Assembly (NCBI GenBank): GCA_002335345.1
Contig: DDCS01000005.1
Span: 1-32,574, forward strand
Direction of reading: 5' to 3'
DNA: 32,574 bases
Origin: Flavobacteriaceae bacterium UBA2000
GTDB lineage: Bacteria; Bacteroidota; Bacteroidia; Flavobacteriales; Flavobacteriaceae
In this document: one piece after another, positions 31,601-32,574 of the stretch
Layout: every line of letters begins with the position of its first letter
Position numbering within the stretch: the stretch's first letter is position 1
Translations under genes and position numbers: made by a program
The notes under the pieces: model-generated
What the model was told of the DNA's origin: nothing
What the model saw: only the letters and a program-made list of their open reading frames with translations
Databases searched by the model: none

Positions 31601-31958
31601 CCGTTTGCCAATCGCTTTTGCCCATAACACCAGCCGAATTAGTAATGTCTTCAAATTTTAAATCTCCTTTGTTCAGGTAAAGGGCATTTGGTCCTTGATT
31701 GGCGGTGAAGTATAAGTCGGGAAGCCCATCATTATTGAGATCCCCCATAGCGAGGCCACCGCCATTGTAATAATAGAGATAATCGAGGATACTTAGACTG
31801 TCGGTTGGCGTCAAAGTATTTTTAAATTTGAGCCCCGTGGTTTCAGAATCTGGCGAAATGAATAGAGTTGATTCTTTTTTTGAGCAGCCTAAGACCCCAA
31901 AAATGAGAATAAAAATTGTCCAATATGTGTTGCGGGTAACACGCATCAAGGGGATCAT
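28653..31958 (-). CDS. FG-GAP/VCBS-repeat protein with central ASPIC/UnbV domain (CRTAC1-like) lipoprotein
   Basis: Lipobox FGVLGCS. Many Ca-binding-type repeats: DLNNDGLPDLY, DANGDGFQDLY, DYDQDGDLDLY, DFDKDGWPDIY, DINNDGWPDLI, DLDRDGDLDLV. ASPIC/UnbV-like VRGFQSCSEPLLHFAL. A second repeat set lies in the C-terminal half. Confidence 0.85.
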   Translation of the reverse strand: MIPLMRVTRNTYWTIFILIFGVLGCSKKESTLFISPDSETTGLKFKNTLTPTDSLSILDYLYYYNGGGLAMGDLNNDGLPDLYFTANQGPNALYLNKGDLKFEDITNSAGVMGKSDWQTGCLIFDANGDGFQDLYISAVVGINGFTGHNELYINNGDLTFTESSKAYGLDFEDFGTMSAVLDYDQDGDLDLYLLNHAVHTQESFGRVDLRYTRNPKTGDRLLRNDGNVFTDVSEQAGILGGINAYGLGISIADFDKDGWPDIYVGNDFHEDDYYYHNNQDGTFTEQLRSAFSHISRFSMGNDVADINNDGWPDLISLDMLPQSETLLKTSEGDDAVQTLKLRTQAYGYHYQYSRNMLFINQKGKNFTETALYSGVAATDWSWSALFGDYDLDGYLDLFISNGITRRPNNLDYIKFISNQEIHKQINDSRLVDQSAIEMMPSGAAVNFFYRGQKGVKFDDVSGPWGSTQLSLSGASVVGDLDRDGDLDLVVNNTDGPAGLYVNQSINQDTESQNHEHLDQNNADINPLNNQQNSGLSISLSYTPLNPYAIGTKAYLYTEEGFQYREVYPVRGFQSCSEPLLHFALPAKQSIKGLRIIWPNGQQQWVDSGLTPGFNTLKYSEKSLGLEAHPEKNPPPEFLFVPEAGNLGINFTHKEDDFSDFNDQKLIPYKVSDHGPAYLSFDFNNDGRKDILISGGKNQRTQVYTANKEGFEKEPNLGMALDSLQEFVDATVYNANGKPQLVLAAGGNSVRPSASVFENKVWPMDQLNQVGIPLEGDLANTHVVRGHENLLFVGNFCGPQDFGKAVPSYIFRDHQKILQIDNLGMITDALWMDHDQDGLMDLLVIGHWMSPRLFIQTPEGFEENIEVFPDLKGLWRRVVAHDLDQDGDLDLLMGNWGLNSKLQASMEHPMKLWHNDFDHNGASETILTTHRQGDDYPLLGLDDLAAQMVILRKQYNQYSAFANQPLTKIRGLDFDQVHVLTVNELASGYFENQEGNYQFVRFDPQLQQSPINTFLVADFNQDQNTEILVGGNYFGVIPFQGRFDSFSGAVIDHNGNIHSSADYGLDLWNKSVRHFDLISRNNQAYLIVIFNDETTEIYRIEF

Positions 31959-32574
31959 TTAAGGGAGTTGATATACTAAAGGTTTTTGATCGTTTAGGGC
32001 GACAAAAATATAGGTCTTCCCCAGGGCATCATTAAAGGGTTGGATGTGCTTGATTTCCTCACGTACGTAGAAGCCACTCTCTTTGTAGTTTTGCCAATCG
32101 AAGTTTTGCCCCCCATCGTTGAGAAGCACATTCCCGAAATCTGAGTCTAGTCTTGAAAATTGAGGTCTAAATTCATGGTTATTACCTCCAGCAATAATAT
32201 CGAGATGACCATCATTATTGACATCTACGCAGGCAATCCCGCAAATACACGAAAGTTGTGCCCTGGCTGGTAAATTGTCAAAGGTAAAGACGCCATCCCC
32301 TTGATTATAGGCGACTACTGAATGCGCATAGCGCGCTTCGAGAACTGTGGTATTGCTTAAAATTGTTGGTGTAAACAATTCTTGAATAGATTTTTTGGCA
32401 TACTCAGAGGCCTTTAAATTTTGTTTTTTAAGGGACACGAGTTGTGTCGTCATCTCCTTTTTCTGATGGATGGGCATATCCTGTCCCTCTAGGTGTTGAG
32501 AGATAATTTGTTCATAGGTGCCATTGTTGTCAAAATCATTGACCCAAAGACGCATTGGAGCGTCGGCCCGTGGT
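31959..32574 (-). CDS. C-terminal part of a second FG-GAP/VCBS (CRTAC1-like) protein, truncated by the window edge
   Basis: The frame stays open to position 32574. Its ...PMRLWVNDFDNNGTYEQII... aligns with ...PMKLWHNDFDHNGASETIL... of the downstream paralogue. The stop TAA (31959-31961) abuts the next ATG (31958). Confidence 0.75.
   Translation of the reverse strand, partial: PRADAPMRLWVNDFDNNGTYEQIISQHLEGQDMPIHQKKEMTTQLVSLKKQNLKASEYAKKSIQELFTPTILSNTTVLEARYAHSVVAYNQGDGVFTFDNLPARAQLSCICGIACVDVNNDGHLDIIAGGNNHEFRPQFSRLDSDFGNVLLNDGGQNFDWQNYKESGFYVREEIKHIQPFNDALGKTYIFVALNDQKPLVYQLP

Noticed and set aside
1-32574. Search for tRNA, rRNA, CRISPR, toxin-antitoxin pairs, restriction-modification or other defence genes
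   Set aside because: Nothing recognisable by eye. All large ORFs are accounted for by metabolic, transport or envelope functions, and the intergenic space is small apart from 4348-4675, 22073-22201 and 26165-26405.

Overview
This 32.6-kb chromosomal segment looks Bacteroidota/Flavobacteriia-like. Exact TAnnTTTG -7 boxes sit 15-27 nt upstream of several first-gene start codons, many products carry lipoprotein or Sec signals, and the gene content fits. I recognised no rRNA, tRNA, CRISPR array, transposase or integrase. Left part, plus strand: a secreted DUF6150-like tandem-repeat protein; a mevalonate-pathway pair (mvaD and a GHMP kinase) with a UbiA prenyltransferase; an RluB-like pseudouridine synthase with degenerate catalytic motifs; a polyamine operon (speA, speB, a deoxyhypusine-synthase-like gene and a small acidic protein) preceded by a promoter and about 260 nt of structured leader; and a VOC-fold protein. 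Next come a GT-C-like membrane protein with a TolB-like lipoprotein (minus) and an M28-PDZ peptidase (plus). The centre, 12478-22072 on the minus strand, is a 12-gene operon with almost no gaps. It starts with the arsenosugar signature set: an AhpD-like CxxC protein, radical-SAM ArsS, a rhodanese, a DUF2064 transferase, PNP, ArsM, DUF547 and a small GT2. It continues into a MerT-like CC membrane protein, two further GT2 enzymes and an LpxR-like outer-membrane protein. Right part, minus strand: a sugar-uptake operon (MFS, PfkB kinase, SSS symporter); a 17-bp-arm inverted repeat; an SRPBCC/GyrI-like protein; a PAP2/vanadium-haloperoxidase-like lipoprotein; and two tandem FG-GAP/VCBS ASPIC-UnbV proteins, the last cut by the window edge. 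The best candidate for new biology is the extended arsenosugar/arsenolipid operon, where only the ArsM and ArsS steps have experimental precedent. All family assignments rest on motif recognition by eye and need HMM or BLAST confirmation.
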